A stretch of 64,000 bases of DNA from an uncultured Actinomycetes bacterium (GCA_963704725.1 OY969934.1:1024001-1088000); one strand, 5' to 3'; shown: positions 9,006 through 19,249, counted from the stretch's first letter. Translations and numbers: made by a program. Notes: a model not told the origin generated them from the sequence alone.

Positions 9006-10322
9006 ATGAGCGAGCTCACCGCCGACGAGATCGTCGACCTCTGTCTCAAGCACACGCTGTACGACTGGCAGCAGCAGGGCACGACCCGCCCCATCCCCGT
9101 GGCCTCGGCGCGGGGCGCCGAGTTCTTCACGGTGGACGGCAAGCGCTACCTGGACTTCAACAGCCAGCTCATGGGGGTGAACATCGGGCACGCCGACCCC
9201 CGCGTGGCCGAGGCCATCGCCGAGCAGGCCCGGGTGCTGCCGTACATCACGCCGTTCGCGGCCACCGCGGTGCGCGCCGAGCTCGGTCGCAAGCTCGCCG
9301 AGCTCCTTCCCGGGGACATGGACAAGGTCTTCTTCACGCTCGGCGGCGCCGAGGCGAACGAGAACGCCATCCGGATCGCGAAGGCCGTCACCGGTCGGCA
9401 CAAGATCCTGGCCCGGTACCGCAGCTATCACGGCGCCACCTACGCCACGGTCACGCTGACCGGTGACCCTCGCCGGTGGGGCAACGAGCCCGGCATGCCG
9501 GGCGTGGTGCACGTCCTCGACCCGTACCACGGGGTCCAGCGGGGGACCGACGACGCGCAGACGGCGCTGGCGTACCTCGAGGAGACGATCATGCTCGAGG
9601 GCCCGAGCACGATCGCCGCCTTCATCCTCGAGCCGGTGACGGGGACGAACGGCATCCTGATCCCGCCGGACGGCTACCTCCAGGGCGTCCGCGAGCTCTG
9701 CGACCGCCACGGCATCCTGTTGATCGCCGACGAGGTCATGACGGGGTTCGGGCGCACCGGTGAGTGGTTCGCGGTGAACCACTGGGGGGTCGTGCCCGAC
9801 ATCATCACGATGGCCAAGGGCCTGACCTCGAGCGCCGTGCCGCTCGGCGCCGTCGGGCTCCGGCCGAGCGTCCACCGCTACTTCGACGAGCACGTCTACT
9901 GGGGCGGCCTCACCTACAACTCGCACCCCCTCGGCCTGGCCGCGGCGCTGGCCACGATCCGGGTGTACGAGGAGGACGGCCTGATCGAGCGCTCGCGGAA
10001 GCTGGGAGACGTGATGGCCCGGCACCACCACGACCTCATGGACCGCCATCGGAGCGTCGGAGCCGTGCGCAACCTCGGGTTGTTCGGGATCCTCGAGCTG
10101 GTGCGGAGCCGCGAGACGATGGAGCCGATGGCCCCGTTCAACGGCACCAGTGACGAGATGAAGGCGATCGGGAAGTTCCTCGACGAGCGGGGCCTGTTCA
10201 CGATGATGCGGTTCAACGGCATCATGACGAACCCGCCGCTCTGCATCACCGAGGAGCAGCTTGCCGAGGGGTTCGGCATCATCGACGAGGCCCTCGCGCT
10301 CGCCGACGCCGCCGTCGCCTGA
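9006..10322 (+). CDS. Class III PLP aminotransferase (omega-amino acid type)
   Basis: GGAEANE, SYHG, IADEVMTGFGRTG, MAKGL; GAGGAGG RBS before ATG 9006; next to mmsA. Confidence 0.92.
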   Translation: MSELTADEIVDLCLKHTLYDWQQQGTTRPIPVASARGAEFFTVDGKRYLDFNSQLMGVNIGHADPRVAEAIAEQARVLPYITPFAATAVRAELGRKLAELLPGDMDKVFFTLGGAEANENAIRIAKAVTGRHKILARYRSYHGATYATVTLTGDPRRWGNEPGMPGVVHVLDPYHGVQRGTDDAQTALAYLEETIMLEGPSTIAAFILEPVTGTNGILIPPDGYLQGVRELCDRHGILLIADEVMTGFGRTGEWFAVNHWGVVPDIITMAKGLTSSAVPLGAVGLRPSVHRYFDEHVYWGGLTYNSHPLGLAAALATIRVYEEDGLIERSRKLGDVMARHHHDLMDRHRSVGAVRNLGLFGILELVRSRETMEPMAPFNGTSDEMKAIGKFLDERGLFTMMRFNGIMTNPPLCITEEQLAEGFGIIDEALALADAAVA

Positions 10323-10462
10323 CCGGACCCGCCGCGGGCTGAGGCCGGGCAGGGGGCATCCCGTGGCGTGGCGGAATAGACCTCGCTCTTGATTCGGTTG
10401 TCGCTATGGAATCGAGAGTCCTTCCGGGGCCCAACCGAGGGCCCGCCCGAGAGGAGGTCGAG

Positions 10463-11041
10463 GTGGCACAGACGGAGACGTCGCGGTCGATCGAGGGGGT
10501 GGCGCTGCCGCCCGCGGGGACCTGGGTGTTCGATCCCGCGCACACGACGATCGAGTTCGTGGCCCGGCACATGCTGACGAAGGTGCGGGGCCGCTTCAAC
10601 GCGTACGACGGGACGATCGTGATCGCGGATCGGCCGGAGGAGTCCACGGCCTTCGTCGAGATCGACGCCGCGAGCCTCGAGACGAAGACGGACATGCGCG
10701 ACGACCATCTGCGCAGCGCCGACTTCCTGGACGTCGAGCGGTTCCCGAAGCTCACCTTCCGCAGCACGGAGCTCCGGCCCACGGGGGGCAGCACCTTCCG
10801 GCTCGTGGGGGACCTGACGATCAAGGACATCACGCACCCGGTCGTCCTCGACGCCGAGTTCCTCGGCTGGGGGCCGGGGCCGATGGCCGAGTCTCCGACG
10901 AAGGCCTTCTTCTCGGCCCGCACCGAGATCGACCGCGAGGCGTGGGACATGACGTGGAACATGGCCGTCGAGACCGGCGGCCTCCTCGTCGGCAAGCGCG
11001 TGCAGATCGAGATCGAGACGGAGCTCAACCGCCAGGCCTGA
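10463..11041 (+). CDS. YceI family protein
   Basis: GTWVFDPAHTTIEF, RDDHLRSADFLDVERFP. Confidence 0.92.
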   Translation: MAQTETSRSIEGVALPPAGTWVFDPAHTTIEFVARHMLTKVRGRFNAYDGTIVIADRPEESTAFVEIDAASLETKTDMRDDHLRSADFLDVERFPKLTFRSTELRPTGGSTFRLVGDLTIKDITHPVVLDAEFLGWGPGPMAESPTKAFFSARTEIDREAWDMTWNMAVETGGLLVGKRVQIEIETELNRQA

Positions 11042-11068
11042 TCCCCCCAGGGCGGCCCGCGTCCCGCC

Positions 11069-11674
11069 TCAGTCGCTGGGGCGCGGGCCGCTCGCCCCCG
11101 GCTCGTACCACTCGAGCTCGAAGAGGCGGTCGTAGGCGACGACCACGTCCCCGGCCACCCACAGGTCGCTCGTCCAGCCGGAGGAGAGCGCGGTGTACCG
11201 CCATCGGACGGCCGCGAACGTGCCGACCGGCGTCTCGACCTCCTCCTCGCCGAGGAGCTCATAGCGCTGGCGCTCGTCCCGCGGAACGCACGTCACCGGT
11301 TCGAGGAAGACGACGTCGATTTCGGTGGTCTCGGTCAGGCGCCGCACGGTCACGGTGTTGTAGGCCGGCGACAGGTAGTCGAGATGCCGCTCCGGCCCCC
11401 ACGCCCACGACATCGGCTCGCCGTCGAGCGCGCCGCGGAGCCGGTCGCCCTCGACCTCGAGCAGGAGGTCGTGCGTCTGGGTGTCGATCCGGGTCCGCAC
11501 CGGACGCCAGTCCTCGCCCACGACGAGATCCACGACCTCGTCGTGAGGCACCGGGTCGCTCGTGGCGATCTCCGAGAAGTAGCGCCAGCCCACCGGGCCG
11601 GGTGCGCACCGGAAGTGCTCGGTCCCTACGGCGGTCCCGTCGCCGTCCATCACGCGGTAGCGCCCCTCCGGCAT
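11069..11674 (-). CDS. Putative glycolipid-binding-domain protein
   Basis: SPAYNTVTVRRL, QRYE and beta-rich pattern. Confidence 0.6.
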   Translation of the reverse strand: MPEGRYRVMDGDGTAVGTEHFRCAPGPVGWRYFSEIATSDPVPHDEVVDLVVGEDWRPVRTRIDTQTHDLLLEVEGDRLRGALDGEPMSWAWGPERHLDYLSPAYNTVTVRRLTETTEIDVVFLEPVTCVPRDERQRYELLGEEEVETPVGTFAAVRWRYTALSSGWTSDLWVAGDVVVAYDRLFELEWYEPGASGPRPSD

Positions 11675-11739
11675 CGCTCGATGCTAGCCGCTGGGTGGGG
11701 GTCGTCGGCCGGGAGCCCGGCCGACGTACCATCGGCGCC

Positions 11740-12552
11740 GTGAAGGTCGCGCTGTGTCAGGCCAACTGCCGTGAGGACGTCGACGGCAACGAGCGGCAGG
11801 TCTTCGGCCTCCTCGAGGAGGCGGCCGCGGCCGGGGCCGACCTCGCGGCGCTGCCCGAGGTGTGGCCGTGCCAGGGATCGGCCCCCGAGATGCGCGCCGC
11901 GGCGGAGCCGCTCGACGGTCCGCGGGTGGCCAGGCTCGCCGAGACGGCCCGCCGCCACCGCATGTGGGTGCACGGCGGCAGCGTCCTGGAGCTCGCCGGC
12001 GACCACGTCTTCAACACGAGCGTGCTGTTCGATCGCGAGGGCGAGCTCGCGGCCACGTACCGCAAGATCCACCTGTTCGACGCCGATCCCCCCGGCGCCG
12101 TCCCCAGCCGGGAGTCCTTCCTGTTCTCGGCGGGGGACCAGGTCGTCACCGCGCCCACGGAGTTCGGGCGCGCGGGTCTGTCCATCTGCTACGACCTGCG
12201 GTTCCCCGAGCTCTACCGCCAGCTCGCGGTGCAGGGCGCGACGATCCTGTTCGTCCCGGCGTCGTTCCGGCTGGAGACGGGCCGGGACCACTGGGACGTC
12301 CTGGTGCGAGCCCGGGCCATCGAGGATCAGGCCTTCGTGATCGCCGCGGCCCAGTGGGGGACCTGGGGCCCACCCGGCCGAGAGCGGCGCACCTTCGGCA
12401 ACAGCCTGGTGGCCGATCCGTGGGGCCGCGTGCTCGTCCGGGCTCCCGACGGCGTCGGCGTCACGCTCGCCGAGCTGGACCTGGCCGAGGTGGGCCGGGT
12501 GCGCGAGGTCCTGCCGGCCCTCGGCCACCGCCGCCTGGGCCCCGTCTGCTAG
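11740..12552 (+). CDS. Carbon-nitrogen hydrolase (nitrilase superfamily, Nit1-like)
   Basis: E-K-C triad: LPE, YRKIHLFD, ICYDLRFPE. Confidence 0.92.
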   Translation: MKVALCQANCREDVDGNERQVFGLLEEAAAAGADLAALPEVWPCQGSAPEMRAAAEPLDGPRVARLAETARRHRMWVHGGSVLELAGDHVFNTSVLFDREGELAATYRKIHLFDADPPGAVPSRESFLFSAGDQVVTAPTEFGRAGLSICYDLRFPELYRQLAVQGATILFVPASFRLETGRDHWDVLVRARAIEDQAFVIAAAQWGTWGPPGRERRTFGNSLVADPWGRVLVRAPDGVGVTLAELDLAEVGRVREVLPALGHRRLGPVC

Positions 12553-12651
12553 CCAGCCCGGGCGTAGTCCCGGCGGGTCATCCGCCTCGGGTATTTCGGG
12601 GCGTTCGATTCAGGTTCGGGGGTCCCCCTGCCGATATCAAGTCCGCAGGTT

Positions 12652-12743
12652 GGTCCCGAAACGGCAAACCGCCGGGAACGGCGGGGCGCAAAGCTACGGG
12701 CCCTAACGCTCTTGGAGCGCGGGCGGCCGAGCTGCCGAAGGAC
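12652..12743 (+). promoter_or_regulatory. c-di-GMP-I (GEMM) riboswitch
   Basis: GGCAAACC-[GCCG GGAA CGGC]-GGGGCGCAAAGCTACGGGCCCTAA...GGCGGCCGAGCTGCCGAAG matches the GEMM-I consensus; P1 GTCC/GGAC; lies in the 5' UTR of the CAP gene. Confidence 0.9.
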
Positions 12744-12795
12744 GGGCCTCCACCCGGAGCCCGGCCTGCCGGGACCCTGAATACGGGAGTCAGGG

Positions 12796-13263
12796 ATGGC
12801 GCGAGTGAGCTGGCGGAGCGGGTCGCGGATCGCGGCGGTGCTCCTGCTGAGCGTCTCCCTCCTGCTGACGGGGTTCGCGACCGACCACGCCCGAGCCGGC
12901 CAGGCCGCGCATGACCGTTCGGTGATGCTCCAGCTCACGAACGAGGCGCGTGCGATGAAGCATCGCGACGCTCTCGAGCTGGATCGGCAGCTCTCGAAGT
13001 ACGCCCTCAGGCACTCGCGTGCCATGGCGGCGAACCAGGAGCTGTTCCACTCGACGGACCTCGCGGGTGTGCTGGGGGGCCGCGACTGGTCGATCGGGGG
13101 CGAGAACGTGGGCTACGCCTCGTCCCTCGACGACCTGCAGGCCTCCTTCATGGGGTCGAGGCTCCACCGCCGGAACATCCTGCGGTCGGAGTTCGACCAC
13201 ACGGCGATCGGGGTCGTCGCGTCAGACGGGAAACTCTGGGTGACCGTCATCTTCTACGGCTAG
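12796..13263 (+). CDS. Secreted CAP/SCP-domain protein
   Basis: Signal peptide, HSRAMA, GENVG, FMGSRLHRRNIL, IGV. Confidence 0.9.
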   Translation: MARVSWRSGSRIAAVLLLSVSLLLTGFATDHARAGQAAHDRSVMLQLTNEARAMKHRDALELDRQLSKYALRHSRAMAANQELFHSTDLAGVLGGRDWSIGGENVGYASSLDDLQASFMGSRLHRRNILRSEFDHTAIGVVASDGKLWVTVIFYG

Positions 13264-13290
13264 CCCCTCCCGACCTAGCTGTAGATCAGG

Positions 13291-13318
13291 AGCGCCCCGG
13301 TCGAAGGACCGGGGCGCT
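13291..13318. terminator. Hairpin terminator between convergent genes
   Basis: AGCGCCCCGGTC-gaag-GACCGGGGCGCT. Confidence 0.7.
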
Positions 13319-13336
13319 TCGCCGTCCGGGGAGGGC

Positions 13337-13903
13337 TCAGGCCCGCTCGAGGTCCTCGGGCGCGTCGACGTCGACCGGCGCGTCGCCGCCCACGTCCACG
13401 CTCTCGACGAGCTCGGCCCGCCGTTCGATCAGCTCCCGGGCACCGACGTCACCCTCCAGGCGGGCCATGTCCCCCCACAGCTCCCGGGCGATCAGGGCGG
13501 GGCCGGGTCCCGATCGGAACGCGAGGCGAACGATCGGGGACCGTCGCGCGGCGAACGCCTCGAGGAGGGCCCGGACGTGCTGTGCCCGGATGCCGGGCTG
13601 GTCGGCCAAGAGCACGACCGCCGCCTCGCTCCCGGGATCCGCGTGCGCGAGGCCGGCGGCGAGCGACGAGGCCATCCCCGAGGCGTACCCGTGGTTCACG
13701 ACCCACCGCGCCCCACCGAGGCGGAGTCCCTCGCGGACGCGCACCGCGTCGTGTCCCAGCACGACCACGACCTCGTCGACTCCGGCCTCGGTCGCTGCAT
13801 CGATGGCGTGCTGCGCGAGCGGCTTGCCTCGCAAGGGGGCGAGCTGCTTGGTCCCCCCGAACCGGGTTCCCTCACCCGCCGCCAGGACGATCGCGCTGAT
13901 CAC
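13337..13903 (-). CDS. mocA: Molybdenum cofactor cytidylyltransferase (MocA-like)
   Basis: IVLAAGEGTRFGGTKQL, LADQP, DVDAPEDL; coupled to coxG. Confidence 0.85.
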   Translation of the reverse strand: MISAIVLAAGEGTRFGGTKQLAPLRGKPLAQHAIDAATEAGVDEVVVVLGHDAVRVREGLRLGGARWVVNHGYASGMASSLAAGLAHADPGSEAAVVLLADQPGIRAQHVRALLEAFAARRSPIVRLAFRSGPGPALIARELWGDMARLEGDVGARELIERRAELVESVDVGGDAPVDVDAPEDLERA

Positions 13904-14520
13904 GTGCGGCGCCCGAACAGCCGGCGGAACAGGCGGACGATGACCGACCACGTCGCCGAGATCCCCAGCCGGATCCCGGAGATCGGCTTGGCCCGCACCG
14001 GGGCCGCGCCTCGTGCCGGCGCCCCCGGTGTCCCCTCGGCTCCGGCCGGTCCCGCCGGCGCCGGGGACTCCTCGCCCGCCACCATGCTGGCGTGCAGGCA
14101 CTCGGCGAACTGGGCGGTCAGCTTCCGGCTGACCTCGGGGAGCAGGCCGCGTGAGAGCTGGGCCACCGCGCCGGTGAGCTGGATGTCCGCGATCATCTTC
14201 ACGTTCGTCTCGCCGTCGCCCGGCTCGAGCCAACTGGTGACGAGCGCGTTCGCCGCGCCCTTGCCCTTCTGCTCCATGCCCTTGGCGTGCAGGACGACCC
14301 GATGCTCGTCGTCGTGGCGCTCCTCCATCGTGACGGTCCCGGCGAACGCCAGGGAGACCGGCCCGAGCCTCATGTTCACCCTGCCCTTCCAGGTGCGCTC
14401 GTCCACGGTCTCGGTGAGCTCGGCGCCCGGCATGCACGGCGCCACGCGCTCGACGTCCAGGAGGTACGCCCACAGGTGGTCGAGCGGCGCCGGCACGGTG
14501 AACTCGTTCTCGATCTTCAC
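13900..14520 (-). CDS. coxG: CoxG (SRPBCC) CO dehydrogenase accessory protein
   Basis: IENEFTVPAP...LLDVERVAPCMPGA; amphipathic basic C-terminus. Confidence 0.88.
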   Translation of the reverse strand: MKIENEFTVPAPLDHLWAYLLDVERVAPCMPGAELTETVDERTWKGRVNMRLGPVSLAFAGTVTMEERHDDEHRVVLHAKGMEQKGKGAANALVTSWLEPGDGETNVKMIADIQLTGAVAQLSRGLLPEVSRKLTAQFAECLHASMVAGEESPAPAGPAGAEGTPGAPARGAAPVRAKPISGIRLGISATWSVIVRLFRRLFGRRT

Positions 14521-14588
14521 GCCACGTGCCCCCTCGGTGCGGTCGGCACCGCGGAGCCTATCGTGTCCCGCCCCGCCGGCGGCCCAGG

Positions 14589-15620
14589 TCAGACGCCCGC
14601 CGTGTGCCCGGCCGCCTCCCTCGACACCCGCTTGCGGAAGACCCAGTAGGTCCACGCCTGGTAGCCGAGCACGAGGGGGGTGAAGACCGCGGCCACGATG
14701 GTCATGACCTTCAGGGTGTAGTGCGTCGAGGACGCGTTCCAGATCGTGAGGTCGTTGGCCGGTCCGAGCGTCGACGGCATCACGCGCGGATACAGGTTGA
14801 GGAAGATCGTGGCGGTCAGGGCGACGATCGCCACCCCCGTGGCGACGAACGCCCACCCGTCGAGCCTGTCCCGCAGGAGCCACTCGACGGCGGCCACCGC
14901 GACGAGCGCGGTCACCGGGACCACCCCGGGGACGATGCCGTCGTTGTTCCGCGCGTTCACGAAGGTCCAGGTCAGGAACGCGAACACGGCCGCCGTCGAC
15001 GGAACGGCCAGCCACCTCGCGGCCCGGCGGGCCCGGTCGCGCAGGTCGCCGTCGGTCTTGAGCGCGAGGAAGACCCCACCGTGGAGCGTGAACAGCAGGA
15101 GCGAGGTCACGCCGCCCACCAGCGCGTAGGGGTTCAGGAGATCGAAGAAGGACCCCGCCCACTCGTGGTCCGGTCCGATCGCCACTCCTCGCAGCACGTT
15201 CGCGAACGCCACACCCCACAGGAGCGCGGGAAGCGCGCTCCCCCAGAAGATCGCGTGGTCCCACCATGCCTTCCACTCGGGTCGCCGGCCCTTGCCCCGG
15301 AACTCGAAGGCCACGCCTCGGAAGATCAGCGCCGCCAGGATCAGGAACAGGGCGAGGTAGAAGCCGCTGAAGAGCGTGGCGTACCACTCGGGGAAGGCGG
15401 CGAACGTGGCGCCGCCGGCGACGAGCAGCCACACCTCGTTGCCGTCCCACAACGGGCCGATCGCGTTCACCATCAGCCGCCGGTCGAGGTCGTCGCGCCC
15501 GAGGAACGGCAGGAGCACGCCGACGCCGAAGTCGAACCCCTCGAGGAAGAAGTAGCCCGTCCACAGGACGGCGATCAGCGCGAACCACAGGGTCGGGAGG
15601 TTGAGATATCCCTCGTTCAC
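14589..15620 (-). CDS. cydB: Cytochrome bd oxidase subunit II
   Basis: LEGFDFGVG, WDGNEVWL, AFPEWYATLFSGFY. Confidence 0.96.
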   Translation of the reverse strand: MNEGYLNLPTLWFALIAVLWTGYFFLEGFDFGVGVLLPFLGRDDLDRRLMVNAIGPLWDGNEVWLLVAGGATFAAFPEWYATLFSGFYLALFLILAALIFRGVAFEFRGKGRRPEWKAWWDHAIFWGSALPALLWGVAFANVLRGVAIGPDHEWAGSFFDLLNPYALVGGVTSLLLFTLHGGVFLALKTDGDLRDRARRAARWLAVPSTAAVFAFLTWTFVNARNNDGIVPGVVPVTALVAVAAVEWLLRDRLDGWAFVATGVAIVALTATIFLNLYPRVMPSTLGPANDLTIWNASSTHYTLKVMTIVAAVFTPLVLGYQAWTYWVFRKRVSREAAGHTAGV

Positions 15621-15633
15621 CGTCGTCCCCCCA

Positions 15634-17028
15634 TCAGTAGACGAGCTCAGGGCCGGGCTTCGAGCCGTTCATCCGCTTGGGCGGGTCGGCCGGCGGCGGC
15701 TCGGACCGGGCGAACCTCGTGAGCAGGATCACGTCGACCACGCTGAGCAGCCCGTAGATCACGGTGAACCCGATCAGCGTGGTCGCGACGAACCCCACGC
15801 CCACGCTCGTCGAGACCGCGTCGGACGTCTTCATGAGCCCGAACACCACCCACGGCTGCCGCCCCATCTCGGTGAAGGTCCACCCCGTCGTGTTCGCCAC
15901 GTACGGCAGCGCGATGCCGAAGGGCGCCAGCAGGAGGAACCACCTCGCCGTGTCGAGACGCCGTCGCCGCACGTGCCACAGGCCGACGAGGCAGAGCAGG
16001 ATCATCAACAGCCCCGACCCGACCATGACCCGGAAGGTCCAGTAGGTGACCCCCACGACCGGCACGTAGCTCCCCGGGCCGTACGTGCGCTCGTACTCGG
16101 CCTGGAGGTCGTTGATCCCGAGCACCTCCCCGTTCCACGTGTTGGTCGAGAGCACCGAGAGCAGGTGCGGGAGCTGCACGTTGATGTGGTTGCGCCCGTT
16201 CTCCACGTCGCCCACGGCGAACAGGGAGAAGCCGGCCCCGCGCTCCGTCTCCCACAGCGCCTCCGCGGCCGCCATCTTCATGGGCTGCTGCTTCGTCATG
16301 AGCTGCGCCTGGAGGTGCCCGCTGAACGCCACGCCCACCGCCGCGAACAGGGAGACGGCAAGCGCGATCGTCATCGAGCGGCGGAAGACGACCCGCTCGT
16401 GCTCGCGCCGCAGGTGCCAGGCGGACACGCCCACGATGAACAGGCCGCCGGTGAGCAGCGCCGCCAGGATCGTGTGCGGGAAGTGCGCCCACAGCGTCGA
16501 GTTGGTCAGCATCGCCATGATGTCCTTGAGCTCGGCGCGCCCCGTGTCGGGGTTCACGGCGTAGCCGACGGGATGCTGCATCCAGGCGTTGGCGGCCAGG
16601 ATGAAGAACGCGCTGATCCACGTGCCAAACGCGACCAGCCAGATCGAGGCGAGGTGGGTGCGCTCGGAGAGCCGGTCCCACCCGAAGATCCACAGGCCGA
16701 GGAACGTGGACTCGAGGAAGAAGGCCGCGAGGCCCTCGATCGCCAGCGGCGCCCCGAACACGTCGCCCACGAACCGGCTGTACGCCGACCAGTTCATCCC
16801 GAACTGGAACTCCTGCACGATGCCGGTGACGACGCCGAGCGCGAAGTTGATCAGGAAGAGCTTGCCCCAGAACCTCGTCATCCGCAGGTACTCGGGCTTG
16901 CGCGTCTGGTACCAGGCCGTCTGGAACACGGCGGTGAAGAAGGCCAGCCCGATCGACAGCGGCACGAAGAGGAAGTGGAAGGAGGTGGTGATACCGAACT
17001 GCCATCGGGCGAGGTCGAACGCATCCAT
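15634..17028 (-). CDS. cydA: Cytochrome bd oxidase subunit I
   Basis: ARWQF..HFLF, QEFQFGMNW, QPMKMAAAE, EMGRQPW. Confidence 0.97.
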   Translation of the reverse strand: MDAFDLARWQFGITTSFHFLFVPLSIGLAFFTAVFQTAWYQTRKPEYLRMTRFWGKLFLINFALGVVTGIVQEFQFGMNWSAYSRFVGDVFGAPLAIEGLAAFFLESTFLGLWIFGWDRLSERTHLASIWLVAFGTWISAFFILAANAWMQHPVGYAVNPDTGRAELKDIMAMLTNSTLWAHFPHTILAALLTGGLFIVGVSAWHLRREHERVVFRRSMTIALAVSLFAAVGVAFSGHLQAQLMTKQQPMKMAAAEALWETERGAGFSLFAVGDVENGRNHINVQLPHLLSVLSTNTWNGEVLGINDLQAEYERTYGPGSYVPVVGVTYWTFRVMVGSGLLMILLCLVGLWHVRRRRLDTARWFLLLAPFGIALPYVANTTGWTFTEMGRQPWVVFGLMKTSDAVSTSVGVGFVATTLIGFTVIYGLLSVVDVILLTRFARSEPPPADPPKRMNGSKPGPELVY

Positions 17029-17135
17029 CGGAAGACCTCCTCTCGCCGGCGAAAGGGTGACGCCTCGAGGGGGGTCGTTTCGCGGACACTCGACCTGCCC
17101 CGGGCGGGACGAACGCCATCCGGGTGGGCGAGCGG

Positions 17136-18257
17136 CTACCGGGCCGGGGCGTGGCGCTCGTGGATCGGACCGGGTCGGTCCTTCAGGAACCCGGCGTCGC
17201 GGCGTCGCTTGACGGCCACGATCTCGGCGCAGATCGCCGCCGCGATCTCCTCGGGTCCCTCGGCGCCGAGGTCCAGGCCAGCGGGGCCGCGGAACCGCTC
17301 GTCGTCCTCGGCGATCTCGACCCCTTCCTCGCGGAGCTCTTCCAGGAGCCGCCCGGTCCGCACCGCCGGCCCGAGCATCGCGACGAACCGGACCGGCGAC
17401 GAGACGAGCGACCGCACGTAGTCCTTGTCGCGAAGGAAATTGTGCGTCATCACGACCACGAAGGTCCGCTGGTCCGCGGGCGCGACCTCCGCCATCTTGT
17501 CCGGGCGCTCGACCAGGACGAAATCGGCGGCCTCGGGGAACCGCTCGCGGTTCAGGAACTCGCGACGGTCGTCCACCACGATCGGGCTCCAGCCGAGCGC
17601 AGCCGCCTGCTTCACGAGCGGGGCCGCGTCGTGGCCCGCGCCGCAGACGAGCAGCCGCAGCGGCGGCTCGAGGACCTCGACGAACGCCCGGACACCGTCG
17701 GCGAGCTCCCGGATCTCGCTCCGCTCGCTGGCGAGGAGCTCCACCGCCGCTTCACGAGCGGCCGCGTCGAGCTCGGGGTCGCCGAAGGATCGCTCCACGG
17801 TGCCGGCGGCGTGGACGAGGATCCGATCACCCTGCGCCACGCCCGGCCGGCTCGAGTCGAGGACCGTGACGACGCAGATGGGTCGCTCCTCCTCGAGCGC
17901 CATGCGCAGCGCGCCGGCCACCTCGGCGGCCTTGTCCGCGGGCTCGACGAACAGCTCGAACGCGCCGTTGCACCCGAGGCCCCAGCCCCACACGGCGTCG
18001 TCGTCCGCGGTGAGGTCGAACGAGACGATCCGGGCCATGCCCTCGCGCATGACGATCTTCGCCACGTCGGCCACGTCGTTCTCCAGGCAGCCGCCGGAGA
18101 TGTTGCCGACCAGCTCGCCCTCCTCGGGCACCAGAAGCCGCGCGCCCGGCCGCCGGTAGGTCGACCCCCGGACGGCCACGATCGTGGCGAGCGCCAGCTT
18201 CTCGCCGCGCGCCGAGAGCGACTCGATCGCCGACAGGACGTCGGTGAGCTCGCTCAT
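17136..18257 (-). CDS. XdhC/CoxI family Mo-cofactor maturation protein
   Basis: GSTYRRPGA, ISGGCLE, GLGCNG, GPAGLDLGAEGPEEIA. Confidence 0.9.
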   Translation of the reverse strand: MSELTDVLSAIESLSARGEKLALATIVAVRGSTYRRPGARLLVPEEGELVGNISGGCLENDVADVAKIVMREGMARIVSFDLTADDDAVWGWGLGCNGAFELFVEPADKAAEVAGALRMALEEERPICVVTVLDSSRPGVAQGDRILVHAAGTVERSFGDPELDAAAREAAVELLASERSEIRELADGVRAFVEVLEPPLRLLVCGAGHDAAPLVKQAAALGWSPIVVDDRREFLNRERFPEAADFVLVERPDKMAEVAPADQRTFVVVMTHNFLRDKDYVRSLVSSPVRFVAMLGPAVRTGRLLEELREEGVEIAEDDERFRGPAGLDLGAEGPEEIAAAICAEIVAVKRRRDAGFLKDRPGPIHERHAPAR

Positions 18258-18277
18258 GGCTCGATGGTACGCCGCCC

Positions 18278-19249
18278 TCAGGCGTTCGCGGTGGCGTAGC
18301 GGGCGGGCTCGTCCTCGAAGCGCTTGAGGCAGCCCGCCGAGCAGAAGTAGTAGGTCGTGCCCTCGTGGACCGACCGGTACCGGGCCGAGGCGACGTCGAC
18401 CGTCATGCCGCAGACGGGGTCGAGCTCCTCGTGCCGCGGGATCTCGGCGGGCGGTGCCGCCTCGAGGCGGCCGGCGGCCCGCTCCTTCACCAGCTCGGCC
18501 AGGATGGCCACCGCGATCTCCTCGTGCGCGACGCGGCCGAGGTCGAGCCCGGCGGGCGCGTGCACCCGCGCGACGGCGTCCTCCGGCACGCCCCGGTCCC
18601 GCAGGTAGCCGAGGACGGCGTCGGCGCGCCTGCGCGACGCGACGAGCCCCACGTAGCCGGCCGGTGTGGCCAGCGCCCGTTCCAAGGCGTCCTCGTCGTA
18701 GTGCCCCTGCGTCGCCACCACGACGAACGAGCCGTCGCTCACCCCGGCCTCTTCGAGATCGAGCGCCGTCACGACGCGGCCGGCGTCCGGGTAGTCCCCG
18801 GGCGACCCGCCCTCGTCGACGACGACCGTTCGCCATCCCAGAGCGCCGGCCAGCCGGGCCAGGGTGGCCACGGCCGGCGAGCGGCCGATCACGACGAGCT
18901 GCGGCTGCGGCAGGACGGGCTCCACATAGACCTCCAGTGCTCCCTCGCTCTGGCACGCGATGGGGACGGTGACGACGCCCTCCCGGCCCCGGGCCGCGAG
19001 CTCCTCCGGCGGGCCGAGGAAGAGCAGGCGCGGCGTCGCCTCCTCGAGCGCCTTCAGCGCCTCGCGGATCACGGTCGGCTCCGCGCAGGCCCCGCCGAGC
19101 CACCCCCGGACGCGCCGGTCCGGCGTGATGAGCGCCGTCGAGCCCTCCTTGCCCGAGGAGGGCGAGCGCCGCCACACGACCGTGGCGAGCACGAACGGCT
19201 CGCCGCGCTCGGCCAGGTCCGCCGCGAGCGCCAGGACCTCGGGCCTCAT
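18278..19249 (-). CDS. XdhC/CoxF family protein with C-terminal YHS domain
   Basis: GGACAE, PAGLDLG, then DPVCGMTV...YYFCSAGC; ATGA-coupled to coxL. Confidence 0.88.
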   Translation of the reverse strand: MRPEVLALAADLAERGEPFVLATVVWRRSPSSGKEGSTALITPDRRVRGWLGGACAEPTVIREALKALEEATPRLLFLGPPEELAARGREGVVTVPIACQSEGALEVYVEPVLPQPQLVVIGRSPAVATLARLAGALGWRTVVVDEGGSPGDYPDAGRVVTALDLEEAGVSDGSFVVVATQGHYDEDALERALATPAGYVGLVASRRRADAVLGYLRDRGVPEDAVARVHAPAGLDLGRVAHEEIAVAILAELVKERAAGRLEAAPPAEIPRHEELDPVCGMTVDVASARYRSVHEGTTYYFCSAGCLKRFEDEPARYATANA

